Of a DNA stretch of 64,000 nucleotides, positions 11,340-25,037 are shown in pieces (the stretch's first letter is position 1; each line of letters opens with the position of its first letter). Below the pieces are notes generated by a model. The model ran no database searches and had not been told where the DNA came from. It saw only the letters and a list, made by a program, of their open reading frames with translations. The DNA comes from Octopus sinensis (taxonomy: Eukaryota): NCBI RefSeq assembly GCF_006345805.1, contig NC_043024.1, forward strand, positions 16,368,001 to 16,432,000, read 5' to 3'. The position numbers and the translations under genes were made by a program.

Positions 11340-11413
11340 CTGGTTTGTTTGTTCTTGTCAGACCATATAACCCATGCCAGCATGGAACTGGGGACGTTAA
11401 ATGATGATGATGA
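11340..11413 (+). mobile_element. RTE-like LINE 3' tail
   Basis: aacccatgccagcatggaa...ggacgttaaatgatgatgatgat. Confidence 0.65.
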
Positions 11414-11530
11414 TAGGGATGTCTGTGTGTATATATTTAAATATATTTATATTTACATACATGCACACACATATTTGCATGTGTGAGTGCATATTTAGAA
11501 ATATACATAACATGCATTTATCTATGTGAA

Positions 11531-11848
11531 GGCACATGGCTCAGTGGTTAGAGCATGAGGTTGTGAGTTCGAATCCTGGACCGGGCTGCGTGTTGTGTTC
11601 TTGAGCAAGACACTTTATTTCACATTGCTCCAGTTCACTCAGCTGTAGAAATAAGTTGCGACGTCACAGGTGCCAAGCTGTATCGGCCCCTTTGCCTTTC
11701 CCTTGGATAACATCGGTGGCATGAAGAGGGGAGGTTGGTATGCATGGGAAACTGCTGGTCTTCTATAAACAACCTTGCCCGGACTTGTGCCTTGGAGGGT
11801 AACTTTCTAGGTACAATCCCATGGTCATTCATGACCGAAGGGGTCTCA
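11531..11848 (+). mobile_element. tRNA-derived SINE, family B head with a different 3' half
   Basis: TGGCTCAGTGG and GAGTTCGAATCC boxes, then gtgttcttgagcaagacactttatttcacattgctccag. Confidence 0.8.
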
Positions 11849-12224
11849 GCAGCAGTATTTATCTATGTATTTATGTGTATATGTATGAATACATATGTAT
11901 GCTATATGTTTGTGTGTGTGTGTGTGTGTATGTATATTTGAGTTTATTATACAATATATGTGCATATATCTGTGTATATTTCAATCTGTTACCCCTACCC
12001 TTTCCCCATCACCACCATTGCCAGAAGCATCTTCTGCTTGCTTGGGGTCAGCCTAGGGCTAAGCAATAATAACAACAGTAACAACACCATCAATAGCCAC
12101 TAAAACACTGACCATTCTCTTCTGTGACATCAATGGCCACCAATACCAGTCACACCCATCGCCATGACCACCATCACATCAGTACTGCCACTCCCATCGC
12201 TGTAAACAGCAGTAGCAGCAGCAC

Positions 12225-12465
12225 ACCCATTACCACCACCACCACCACCACCATCACTACCACCATGGCCTCCTCCAACACTACCACCACCACCATCACT
12301 ACCACCACCACCACCACGATCTCCATCACCACTACTACCACTATTGCCACCACCACTACCACCATTACTTCATCCATCACCACCACCACACCACTGCCAC
12401 CTCCTCCACCCCACGACCTCCTCCATCACCACCACCACCACCACGACCTCCTCTATCGCCACCAT
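12225..12465 (+). repeat. Degenerate (ACC)n tract
   Basis: Visible low complexity. Confidence 0.85.
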
Positions 12466-12589
12466 TAATGTAACTAAACTGTGACACTACAGGGGTTTTT
12501 AAACCTGTTAGAAATAGCTACCAAATTCCCTCAGAAAATACCCTCCCAGCTTGATTAAAAAGAAGGGCACATTGTGTTCAGACAAGCAA

Positions 12590-12905
12590 TCCACCAGTTA
12601 TGACGATGAGCATTCCAGTTGAGCCAATCGACAGAAGAGCCTGTTCATGAAATTAACACATAGGTGGTTGAGTACTCCATAGACATGCAAATCCTTGACG
12701 TAGTTCACAGGGAGATTCAGTGCGACATAGAATGTGATGAAGCTGGCCCCTTTGAATTGCAGGTACAACTAATTTTTGTCACCTGAGCGAACTGGAGTAA
12801 TGTGTAATAAAGTGTCTTGCTCAAGGACACAAGACATCTCTGGGAATTGAACTCATGAACTCATGACTGTGAGGTGAATACCCAAAGCACTAAGCCACAT
12901 GCTTC
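12590..12905 (-). mobile_element. tRNA-derived SINE family B
   Basis: Aligns by eye to 5625-5945. Confidence 0.75.
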
Positions 12906-13384
12906 CACACATATTTATTTGAAGTTTAAATAGATAAAAGTAGTGGTTGATCATGGCTGGAATGCCTTTAATAAGGGCTAACCTAACATCATCACATTAA
13001 ACATCATCTAATGTGGTTCGCGGAACAGTTAGAAATAGCAGCCAAATCTACTTCATTTTACATACTACTGTCTTAAAAACAGTAAAAAATAAATATAGGA
13101 CATTTTGAATATGTATGCGTGTGTATGTGTGTGTGCGTGTGTGTGTGAGTGTGTGTGTAGGTGAATATATATATGTATATATGTGTATACATATATACAT
13201 ATATATACGTATATATGTATATATATATGTATATATATATGTATATATATATGTGTGTGTATATATTGTTATATTTCAGAATGGTCATTTTGTCAGTTTA
13301 GCCAATAAAAACACACGCACTATATATTTGGTGTTATTTTGCTTCAGTGTTATTTATTTTTTACATTAATCTTAATCTTTATAT

Positions 13385-13455
13385 ATCATCATCATCATCG
13401 TTTAGCGTCCGTTTTCCATGCTAGCATGGGTTGAACGGTTCTACTGGGGTCTGTG
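13385..13455 (-). mobile_element. RTE-like LINE 3' tail
   Basis: (CAT)n cgtttagcgtccgttttccatgctagcatgggttg. Confidence 0.7.
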
Positions 13456-13479
13456 AATATATATATTTATATATATATA

Positions 13480-13517
<38 letters not shown>

Positions 13518-13727
13518 CATATATACACACACATATATGTATATATATATACATACACACATACATATATGCATGAATATATATATAACTACACACATAC
13601 ACACACACACATGCACACGCACATATAAACTAAACAGAGTGGTCAAGGTTTGAATCTTTGACCATAAGTCTATTTATACATCAGTGACCAGGGTTAAACA
13701 ACAGCATTAATCATTACTATCACATCT

Positions 13728-14070
13728 CTACTACCACCACCACCACCACCAATACATTCAGTACCACCACCACCACTACTACTATAAATGGCCCCTACAA
13801 CCATCACCTCATTCATTAACACCATTGCCAGAGTGACCACTATTACAACCGGCAACCACTATCTCTACTCCTTTGTACAATATTTTCATCACCACCACCA
13901 CCACCACCATAAAAGACCCCCAGCACCACCGCCACAACAATACCAACATCATGACCACCACAGTTTCCACAACCCCCACCAATCGCAACCATTAGCTCCC
14001 CCCCTTCCATCTCCACCACTATATGACTACCATCGCCCTGGCCACCACCACTACTGCGATCAGAACCATT
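13728..14070 (+). repeat. Degenerate (ACC)/(CAT) tract
   Basis: Visible low complexity. Confidence 0.8.
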
Positions 14071-14756
14071 ATCCCCTTCCCCCCTTCTATCCCTCCCGCT
14101 GCCCCACACCTGTACGTCATTCCACGTCACCCAGTTTATAGATGAAATGTCGAAGTGTCGCAGTAGAATTCTTTGGCTCCAGAAATCAATAACTGGCACA
14201 GATTTCAGTCGGAAAGTTTTTTTTTTTTTTCGTTTTTCCACCTGATGCTGTAGTGTTGTCAAAGCAATCAACCAATCAGGTGGTGCGTTGGTCTTTGAAC
14301 AGGTGAGACAACAGATGTAGTACGAATAGAAAGAGCAGCAGCAGTAGCAGCAGCAGCAGCAACAGACAAAACAACACCAACAACTACAGCATTAACAACA
14401 ATAAAAACAACAAACACCATGACAACAACAGTGATAACAACATCATCTCCTGGTCCCTTATAGCCCTTTATTTTTCACGCCTGCTTTTACTAAGCTGGCA
14501 TGGGTTAGACATGACTGACTGAGGCACTTTTCCTGCGGCTGGATGCTTTTCCTGTCATCAACCCTCCTTACTTGTTATCCAAGTAAGGGTTCCCTTTTCC
14601 CTTGGCCTTCACACATTGAAGCCACTGTGGTAGGGGACATACTGTACATAGGGGACGTAAACATGCCATCAGTATCACCCAAATGGGGTCAATGCAAAGA
14701 ATACAATGTATGTGTGTGTATGTATATATATATATGTATGTATATGTATCGTATTT

Positions 14757-15265
14757 TTATCTTTTACTTGTTTCATTCATTTGGTTGCTGCCATGCTGGA
14801 GCACCACCTTCAAGGGTTCTTTAATCGAATAAATTGACCCTAGTACCATTTTTTTAAGCCTGGTACTTATTCTATCAGTATCTTTTGCTGAACTGCTAAG
14901 TTATGGGGACATAAACACACCAACACTGGTTGTCAAGTAATGATAGGGGGGGGAAAGACACACACACATACATAACACACACACACGTCTTTTATTTCTT
15001 TACTTGTTTTAGTCATTTGACTGCAGCCATGCTGGAGCACTGCCTTTCATCAACCCCTCAGTCAAACCATCCAACCCATGCCAGCATGGAAAGTGGATGT
15101 TAAACGATGACAACGATGATGATTATACGATGGGCTTCTTTCAGTTTCCATATACCAGATCCACTCACAAGGCTTTGGTTGACCTGAGGCGAGAGCAGAA
15201 GACACTTGATGAAGGTGCCATGTAGTGGGACTGAACCTGGAACCACATGGTTGGGAAGCAAGCTC
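14757..15265 (-). mobile_element. SINE family A pieces (tail 14757-14960, second tail about 14990-15045, head 15128-15265) with an RTE-like tail at about 15060-15125
   Basis: Similarity to other copies in the window. Confidence 0.7.
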
Positions 15266-15568
15266 ACATGATGCAATAAAGTGACTGAATACTTCATGAA
15301 GCGAAGTGTGTAAAGTGAGTTTGTTTGATTAGTTTACGGAGTTAATCAGGTTTGTACACTTGCAATCATGTTCACACTATTTGCTGGTAATTGTGAACAG
15401 AATTGTGAATGGGGTTGTGAACGGGATTGGCAATGACAGGAATTGGATTTAATTCCTAAACCCATAACATACACACATATTCAAACACACTCATATATGC
15501 CTCTAACATATATACTATCACATACACACGTTTAATTATACACACACACATCTCTCTATATATATAAA

Positions 15569-15778
15569 GTTAATCCAAACAGGAAAGCACAAAGAGAAAA
15601 CACAACAATGCAAGGACGTGGAATAAGTATAGTGTTATTGGACACTCAGGAAAAGAAAGAAAGAAGGAGGATTTAACGTTTAGAGCTGAGCTCTTCGTCA
15701 GAAACATAGGCAGAGGAAAGATCCAAAGAAGGGAAGACGGAGGAAAAAGAATCGCCAATGATACACACGCGGTCTCAC
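15569..15778 (-). mobile_element. About 210-bp element with a degenerate minimal hammerhead; paralog of 8725-8935
   Basis: Minus strand 15704-15672 reads ttt CTGACGA a gagc tca gctc TAAAC GTT | aaa (G12 changed to T). Confidence 0.6.
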
Positions 15779-15953
15779 ACACACACACACACATATATGT
15801 ATATATATAAATTTAAAATAATAAGGGTTAAAAATTGAATATTAATTTGATTAATATCAATTTAAAACCAGTGGCCTGAAGATTCAGAAAAATTATATTA
15901 CATACATATAAAAGGGATGACTACGTAGTGGTCATCCCTCTTATATGTAAGTG

Positions 15954-16025
<72 letters not shown>

Positions 16026-16159
16026 CAAACACATACATACTTGCACATAAATATACACACACACACACACACTTACGTGTATATACTTCAACAAACATAT
16101 CATCAGACATACATGTTTATATCTACACACAAATATATGAACATATATATGTGTGTGTG

Positions 16160-16774
16160 TGCATGCGTGTGTGTGTGTGTATGTTTGTGTGTCTGTGTTT
16201 GTCCCCCTTCCGTTGTTTGACAACTGATGATGGTGTGTTAACGTCCCCGTAACCTAGTAGTTTGGTAAAAGAGACCGATAGAATAAGTACTAGGCTTACA
16301 AAAGAGTATAAAAGAATATATATATATATATATTCTTTTACTTGTTTCAGTCAAATGACTGTGGTCATGCTGGAGCACCACCTTTTTAGTGAAACAAATC
16401 AACCCCAGGACTTATTCTTTGTAAGCCTAGTACTTATTCTATCAGTCTCTTTTACCAAACTACTAGGTTACGGGGACGTTAACACACCAGCATCGCTTGT
16501 CAAGCGATGTTGGGGTGACAAACACAGACACACAAACATATGCACACACACACACACACACACATATATATACTTATATATATATGTATATATATATATA
16601 TATGATGGGCTTCTTTCAGTTTCCATCTACCAAATCCACTTACCCACTTACAAGGCTTTGGTCGGCCCAAGGCTATAATAGAAGACACTTGTCCAAGATG
16701 CCACACCGTGGGACTGAACCAGGAACCATGTGGTTGGTAAGCATGCTACTTACCACACAGCCACTCTTGCGCCT
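16160..16774. mobile_element. Two SINE family A copies tail to tail: plus-strand 3' half 16160-16305 and minus-strand full copy 16333-16774
   Basis: Similarity to the 6814 copy. Confidence 0.8.
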
Positions 16775-17217
16775 ACTATATATATATATTTTCCGAAATG
16801 TATAGTATTAAATATCCATCATGGTTGGTCTTACCAATTGGTTTCGTGTAAAAAATTCATTGCATTTTTTATGTGAAACCGATTGGTAAGACCAGCCATG
16901 ATGGATAATTAATACAATACATTCAGATAATATACACTCCCTACTGACAGATATACGAGTGCATCTTTTCGCTGACTTACAGTCTCTTAGACAACTCGTG
17001 TGAGTATATATATATATACCCATACATGTACACTCATACATGCACAAACGCACACACACACACGCACACATATATATACATGTCTATATATATATAGACA
17101 TGTATGTCTATATATATATATGTATATATATATATATCCATACACACACATATACATGCATAATCATATATGGAAGACAATTTTATGCCTGTCAAATCTG
17201 TTTGAGTTTGACAGGTG

Positions 17218-17645
17218 TCATCATCATCATTATCATCATCATCATCATCATCATTTAGCGTCCGCTTTCCATGCTAGCATGGGTTGGAAGATTTTGACTG
17301 AGGGCTGGCAAACCAGATGGCTGCACCAGCCCCAGTCAGATCTGGCAGTGTTTCTACAGCTGGATGCCCTTCCTACTGCCAACCACTCCGTGAGTGTAGT
17401 GGGTGCTCTTTACCTGCCACCGACACAGGTGCCAGACGAGGCTGGCAAACGGCCACACTTGGATGGTGCTTTTTACATGCCACTGGCACAGAGGCCAGGC
17501 GAGGCTGGCAATGGCCATGATTGGATGATGTTTGTTACGTGCCACCGGCACGGAGGCCAGGTGATGCGGCGCTGGCTATGGCCACGTTCGGATGGTTCTT
17601 TTACGTGCCACTGGCACTGGTATCACAACTACAAATTCCATTGAT
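17218..17645 (-). mobile_element. RTE-like LINE 3' region with (CAT)n tail and internal short repeats
   Basis: Same sequence family as 25303, 33178, 60782 and 63870. Confidence 0.75.
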
Positions 17646-17950
17646 GTTGAACACAAAACTCTGATTACTTGAGTCACTAATGTAGCTTCTTGACTATTCT
17701 TTTCATTCTTTTATTTGTTTCAGTCATTTGACTGTGGTCATGCTGGAGCACCACCTTTTTAGTGAAACAAATCGGCCCCAGGACTTATTCTTTGTAAGCC
17801 TAGTACTTATTCTATTGGTCACTTTTGCTGAACCGCTAAATTACAGGGGATGTAAACACACCAACATTGGTTGTCAAGCGATGGTGGAGGGAGGGGTACG
17901 AACATATACATATACACATCCACACATATATATATAATATATATATATAT

Positions 17951-18605
17951 ATAATTAATTAATAAGGGTGAGAGAATTAGATACTAATTTAATAGTATAT
18001 CTATTCAACACCAAGTGGCCTAGTGCTCCGAGAACCTGGATTATTATAATATTTTTAATATATTATAATATTTTTACAAAATAAATATAGAGAGTGGTCA
18101 CTATATGGCTCACTCTAGCACCAGTTAATCCAAAAGGTTCACCACAAAGATACGTGTTTCCCATGAAAGTCAGTACGATTGTTAGCTCACACGGACAGGG
18201 CAAATAAAAAATAACAAAAATACAGATATTTTGGGACAATTGTTTCGCTATTAATGAATTAAATGTAATTTTACTTACAAAAAAATCCACTTGTAGCTCG
18301 TCAGCCAAAACTATCTGGATGAAATCCACTCAATCACACGCCAGATTTTACCATAACGATAAATACGCGTGTGGTTCAATTGATTACATCCGACGTTATA
18401 ATTCAAATGCCCCAACTAACAGCGCGCCAAACTTTCACGGAAAACAAATACTGCATTTAGAAATAAATGCAGCATAATTATAATTAATTAATAAGGGTGA
18501 GAGAATTAGATACTAATTTAATAGTATATCTATTCAACACCAAGTGGCCTAGTGCTCCGAGAAACCTGGATTATTATAATATTTTATAATATATTATAAT
18601 ATTTT
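17951..18605 (-). mobile_element. HHR-bearing element with terminal direct repeats of about 123 bp (period 529 bp)
   Basis: 17951-18074 is repeated at 18480-18605 (first 83 nt identical); (TA)n on both sides; no recognisable coding sequence. Confidence 0.85.
18229..18310 (-). ncRNA. Type I hammerhead ribozyme
   Basis: Minus strand reads ttttgg CTGACGA gcta...tagc GAAAC aatt GTC | ccaaaa. 6-bp stem I, G-C at 10.1-11.1, palindromic stem III. Confidence 0.9.
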
Positions 18606-18614
18606 ATAATATAT

Positions 18615-18657
<43 letters not shown>

Positions 18658-19015
18658 AAATATGGGGGTTTAGTTCACAGGTGATCTAAACGATTTGGTA
18701 TACTAGGTAAGTACTATACTGGATTAGTAGGGCTCCAAGGTTATAGACAAGATAGTAGTTATTGAGCCTTTGCAGATTTCCGATGCAGCGGGTATATAAT
18801 TGCTAAACAGGATATCAAACATTAAGACCAAGCAAACATCTCACCTAAGGACTCATGCTCTGGTTTCTATAACTTTGGAAAGTTGAACTATGAACATTTA
18901 TGCTTCTTTTTCCTTCTCTCTTTCTATCTCCTTATTCTTTTACTCCCTTCCTCTATGTTATCATCTTATTGATATATACCATTTTCATTTTCCATATTTT
19001 TTTCCCCTATTTGTC

Positions 19016-19069
19016 TCTCTGATGATGGAATATCCCATACTCAAGGATATCCCAGAAACAGCTGTAAGA
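19016..19069 (+). ncRNA. Type I hammerhead ribozyme
   Basis: tct CTGATGA tggaatatcc catactcaa ggatatccca GAAAC agct GTA | aga; within an insert of about 500 bp between (TA)n tracts (about 18650-19145). Confidence 0.8.
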
Positions 19070-19573
19070 CTTTGAATTTCTTCCTATTACAATATTGTAT
19101 ATGACTTGAGATGTCAGTTTTGCCTTGATGTTTGATGTCTTGTTTAAAAATTATATATATATGATGGGTTCCTTTCAGTTTCCGTCTACCGAATCCACTC
19201 GCAGAGCTTTGGTGGGCCCGAGGCTATAGTAGAGGACACATGCCCAAAATGCCATGAAGTGGGATTGAACCTGGAACCATGTGGTTGGTAAGCAAGCTAC
19301 TTATCACACAGCCACTACTGCACCTATAAATATGAACGCTGCATTTACGTATTGTGTTCTCTTTTTCTCACTTGTATAAACTGTTCCAGCTTACATGTCT
19401 GCATAATGTTGTTACTTAACCCCAGGCCATCATTCTTGATCAAGTCGGCTTACGATCAAAGGCAGATGTATGGAGTTCATAGAAGAGTACAAGGAAGTAC
19501 TTTTGCCAGGAGGAGCGAAGAATCACATGTTTCACTCTCTTGCCTTTCATCTGAGTGTGACAAAAAGAGAGGA

Positions 19574-19608
<35 letters not shown>

Positions 19609-19663
19609 GTGTATGTATATACATGTATGTATATGTATATACATGTATATATATGTATATACA

Positions 19664-19695
<32 letters not shown>

Positions 19696-19774
19696 CACAC
19701 ACATATATATATGTATATGTATATATACATACATATATATATATATATATGTATGTATATATAATATATATATT

Positions 19775-19805
<31 letters not shown>

Positions 19806-20159
19806 CAGAGAGAGACAGAGCGGAAGAGAGAGAGAGAGAGAGAGTATTGGTGTCTCTTTGGTTGTATGTCACCAAATAAAGAACGAGTGAAGAGGAGGGT
19901 GTGTGTAGGGAACAAAGCGAGGGTTGCAAGTGAGGTGGTGCATATGACGAAGGCGGGGTGCGTTCAGACCTTTTGTTATTAAATGAAAAGAAGGAATCTA
20001 GCATTAGAGAGAGAAAGATAGGATGACTGCCTGAAGCCAGAGAGAAAGGAGAAGATGGCTGTGTTGAAGTCAAGGAAAAAGGGACCAGAAAGGAAAGCGA
20101 GTGGGAGATTAAGTATCAGCATAACCATTATTTAGTAAGGGGCTGACAAGACAACAAAT

Positions 20160-20168
20160 AAAAATAAC

Positions 20169-20209
<41 letters not shown>

Positions 20210-20590
20210 TAATATTGAAATTATTGTATACAGTGCTCAGGTGCACCTCAACTTGTCAGAGTATATGCAGTAATGTAGAAATGTCTGGAAAGCGAACAGT
20301 GTATGAGTCAGATACATGCTTGCGTGTGTATGGAGGGGAGAAAATCAGGTGTAGTGTTGGCGAATCTCTCAGAAAGCATGGAAGTTTTGAAGGATGCAGT
20401 GCTCCGACAACTAACAACTGATGCCGGCAGTTTGTTCCATGCTTCAGCAACTCTCAGCGTGAAAAAATGTTTCCTAAAGTCATGGGAGCTGTGCTATTTT
20501 CTGACTTTGTAAATATGTCCACAGGTGTTAGACAGGTGGAGTTTGAAAAGGTGCTCAGAGTTATTGTCTGTAAGATGGTTAATAATTTAT
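20160..20590 (-). mobile_element. CR1-like LINE 3' end with (TAA)n tail
   Basis: Reverse complement of 23410-23855; encodes FFTLRVAEAWNKLPASVVSCRSTASFK. Confidence 0.7.
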
Positions 20591-21252
20591 TAAGAATATA
20601 GTGCAACCTCTTGGTTCAATGCATCCCTTTCATTCTCTCTCTCTCCCTCTCTTTCTCTCTCTGTCTGTCTGTCTGTCTCTCTTTCTCTCACTCACAATGT
20701 TCTTTATTTCAATACATTTGCTTGGTGCAAGCATCATTATTTAAACTACCTTGGTATAGCCATCCTCCTTAAGTAAATGAATGCACTGAGCCTGAAAGAT
20801 TGCTTCGAGAAACATAGCATGTTATATAAATCTGCCAATTTATTGTATCTCTAAAGCATGAAACTATTAGTGTGTGTGTGTGTGTGTGTAGAGTTTGCAG
20901 ATGCGATCCAGTGATTTTCTATATACAGAAGACACTCGGTAGTGCTCAAAAGATTCAAACTTAGAATCCTATCTTTTTACAGGGGATCATTGCACAAGGT
21001 AAAGAAAGGCTATAAGCGGGATCAGGTTGAGTGGGTACAGAAGCTATTATGCATACAAAAAAATTAGACACATCAAATATATTTGGTGCCTTGTGAGTGG
21101 ATTTGGTAGACGGAAACTGAAAGAATATGTATTATATTGTATTTCATACGCAAACTAATATTTTCAATATATCTAATTTATACCAGACATATATATAATA
21201 ATATTTGATGTATCTAATTTGTTTATACTCATAACTGCCCCTCTCTCTCTCT

Positions 21253-21318
<66 letters not shown>

Positions 21319-21360
21319 ACATGTATATATATATGTATACATACATGTATATATATATAT

Positions 21361-21424
<64 letters not shown>

Positions 21425-21444
21425 TATATATATAAATGTATGTA

Positions 21445-21810
21445 GGAGTGGTAAGTAGCTTGCTTACCAACCACATGGTTCTGGGTTCAGTCCCACTGCG
21501 TGGCACCTTAGGCAAGTGTTTTCTACTGTGGATGGAAACTGAAAGAAGCCTGTTGTATATATGTGCATATATGTGTGTGTGTGTGTGTGTGTGTATGTTT
21601 GTGTGTCTGTGTTTGCCCCCACCCCCACCCCCACATCGCTTGACAACCGATGCTGGTGTGTTTACATCCCTGTAACTTAGCAGTTTGGCAAAAGAGACCG
21701 ATAGAATAAGTACTAGGCTTGCAAAGAATAAGTCCTGGGGTCGATTTGCACCAGTAAAGGTGGTGCTCCAGCATAGCCACAGTCAAATGACTGAAACAAG
21801 TAAAAGAGTA
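21445..21810 (+). mobile_element. SINE family A
   Basis: Similarity to the 6814 copy. Confidence 0.85.
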
Positions 21811-23409
21811 AAGAGTAAGAATATACACACATACATACAAAGAGGAGAGTGGAGATTTATTCCCATCCAAAGTGTTTTTATTGAAAATGTTTTCTACAAC
21901 ATATATAACAATGACTAACATATGCTTCTACTGCAGCAACTGCACATTGCTCTGTATGCAATTGTGCATCCTAGTCTCTGCAATTTCATCAAGGGTGCAT
22001 GCCATCAATAAATGTGACATGGTGATCTCATATCAAGATAAACAGCACATGACCTTGCAGGTGGGGCCCAGTTAGAATTTTCTTCAGATTGAGTAGCCCA
22101 TCCCACTCAAAAGGTCCCCGAATAAGGGTTGTTTAAGGATGTTGAACAAAACATCCATGTTTCCAGAGGGGAATTTTCCAAACCCTGTGATGCTCCCCCA
22201 CTACTTCCGCTCATGGTCAGAGATGCACATATCGTCAGCCACTAAGGGACATGCTCAACTGGTTAAGATCAAACAACTGATAAGCAAATCTGTGGTATTG
22301 AGCAGAATATTTGCTGTTCAATGTACATGATAACACTTCCAATATTATTGTTATTATTATTATTATTATTTATTGTCTTGGGCACAGTTTCTAATGGTGG
22401 AGATGTACTATGATGCCAGCTGTTCACTTCCAGTGAACTAAGGTAACATCCCTTATTTTTGTGTAAATGTGTGCAAACATTAATTCTTCAGGTCGTTCAC
22501 TTTTTCTCAATCAATCAATGGACAGATTGAGTAAACCAATCAATGAACAAACCTATATGATTATTGGAAACAGCTGTAAGCCAAATTTACCTTATCTTGT
22601 GTGTGTGTGTGGTTTAGATGTTTGTTGCATCTGTCTGGTTGTGAGGTTTGCTTCCCCCCACCCCATGTGCGTTGGGTTTCAATCCGAATACATTTTCAGT
22701 TCAGTTTTACACTCAAACTCGATGGATTTTTAATATTTTCCTTTTAGATTAGATTTCCCCATATCTTGTTCTTTATTCCTTCCATTCAGTTTGGAACAAT
22801 ATAACTCTGAAATTCATCAATCTTTGCAAAATTCTATAAATCTTGATGATGAAGTTGTTTGAGACTTTTGTTGGTGTTGTTGTTATTGTTGTTTAATTCC
22901 CATTCAGCTCCATTCTTTCCATCTAATTTTGTCACACGTTAAAGGATGTAACATGCTGATATCACTCTTTCCTATAAATGTATGTCCAGCTGTCAATAAA
23001 ATATGATATTTGTATATCCACTGATATCTGGAGATGGATATGCATTATCAACTAAAGTTTCTTCAATTCAATTCTATTATGTTCTTGTCTTTTTACGAGC
23101 AGAAATTTCAGGGGTTACATTCAAAGCCTTGACCCAAGCTAGGACAGGGCTCCCCTCTTTGAGCTGGGAAATGAATGAAATACCTGGTGTGTGTCTTGGG
23201 GATTAGGCCTGGGTATGTAAAAATGTTCTTATGTGTTGTATAACATACTGAGGTCACTATTGTATAAACACCATCAGTTGTTGAGAAATTATCTGCATGC
23301 TTAATGTTATTGCATACATTATGTTATTGCACACAAAGTTTTTGCATACATTTACACAAATTTGTTTCAAATCTAAGTAGTGTTTGTATTTAATTGCTGA
23401 CACTAAACT

Positions 23410-23855
23410 ACCGTATGAGTTCTTCTGGATAGTCAGTGGTATATTATTAACCATCTTACAGACAATAACTCTGAGCACCTTTTCAAACTCCACCTGTCTA
23501 ACATCCGTGGACATGTTTACAAAGTCAGAAAACAGCACAGCTCCCATGACTTTCAGAAACATTTTTTTCACGCCAAGAGTTGCTGAAGCATGGAACAGAC
23601 TGCTGGCATCATTTGTTAGTTGTCGGAGCACTGCATCCTTCAAAACTTCCATGCTTCCTGAGATTCACCAACATTACACCTGATTTTCTGCCCTCCATAC
23701 AACTGCAAGCATGTATCTGACTCATACACTGTTCGCTTACCAGACATTTGTACATTACTGCATGTACTTTATATGCACTTTTGACAAGTGGTGGTGCACC
23801 TGAGCATTTTATACAATAATTTCTTCTTCTTCTTCTTATTATTATTATTATTATA
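23410..23855 (+). mobile_element. CR1-like LINE 3' end with (ATT)n tail
   Basis: RVAEAWNRLLASFVSCRSTASFK resembles the CR1 RT C-terminal motif R-V-x-x-W-N-x-L-P...S-x-x-x-F-K. Confidence 0.7.
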
Positions 23856-24027
23856 TAACCATTTATCTGAATGAGGAAACATTTGCAAATTGTTGTTGAT
23901 TCTACCTGCCTAATCTACACACCTGAACTAATATATCTGCTAATATACGAACTGTTGCACTGTTGGTCATTTAAAAATTTAAACAAATCTACACACCTAT
24001 GAGAGATATTCTTTATGCTGACATAAG

Positions 24028-24410
24028 TGCAGGCGTGGCTGTGTGGTAAGAAGCTTGCATCACAACCACATGGCTCCTTGGTTCATTCCCACTGCATGGC
24101 ACCTTGGGCAAGTGTCATCTATTTTGACCTCAGGCTGACCAAAGCCTTGTGAGTGGATTTGGTACCCTGAAACTGAAATGTATATACGTATGTACATATG
24201 TGTGTGTGTGTGTTTGTCACCCCACCATTGCTTGATAACTGATATTGGTGTGTTTACATCCCCATCACCTAGTGGCCCGGCAAAAAGAGATCAATAAAAT
24301 AAGTACTAGGCTTACAAAGAATAAGTCCTGGGGTCGATTTCTTTGATTAAAACCCTTTAAGACGATGCTCCAGCATGGCCGCAGTCAGATGACTGAACCA
24401 AGTAAAAGAA
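24028..24410 (+). mobile_element. SINE family A, diverged
   Basis: Similarity to the 6814 copy. Confidence 0.8.
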
Positions 24411-25037
24411 TATGTATAAAGCGTCACACAGAAACACTGTTGTATTGTAATACTTAGTTAAACTTTGATGCTAATTACCAAATCTACAGACTCAGATGCT
24501 AAAGAAACAAAGCCGAAGTATATAGGAAGACAGAATGTCGACAGCTGAAACAGAACATCTTTGATCTTTGGTAAAATCTGGAATGTAAAGGAATTATAGG
24601 TAATGGTTGGTGGTGGCAAAATTTATCAATTTATAACCATTATCTTTTCCTCACTAAATAATATCCTCCCCACACACCACCACTCTCACTGGCCTTCCTC
24701 TCATTAATATACATCTCCACACAAACCACCATTCTTTGGTCCTCTTCAGTCTCTGTTGTATAGTGAAACTGTACACTCCTCCTGGTAAAAAGTGGTAGAA
24801 GCCAGCCATTATAAGTAGGCCAGAAGCCAGTTGACACGGGAAGGTCAGAAGGTTGAAGGTTGAAAGTATGAGAAGACTGTCTGTACTGATCTAGTAATGA
24901 TACTGTGATACTGAGTGGACATTATAATGATCCAACCCTTTAAGGATAATAACAGGGTATAACTGGGGGTTGTACAGTGCCAGATAGGACCATTCTATTG
25001 ACGACTTTGGAACATAAAAATATCTGTCAGAGTGACA

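Larger units (their letters stand above)
17700..19325 (-). mobile_element. SINE family A whose central microsatellite carries about 1.25 kb of nested inserts
   Basis: Tail half at 17700-17895 and head half at 19162-19325, colinear and in the same orientation. Confidence 0.7.

Noticed and set aside
20970-21005. Possible 16-nt micro-exon (tttttacAG...aag|GTaaag)
   Set aside because: Short splice-like motifs arise by chance in AT-rich DNA; no supporting frame or neighbouring exon.
22158-22243. CTGACGA...GAAAC on the minus strand within an unclassified repeat
   Set aside because: No cleavage triplet and no stems.
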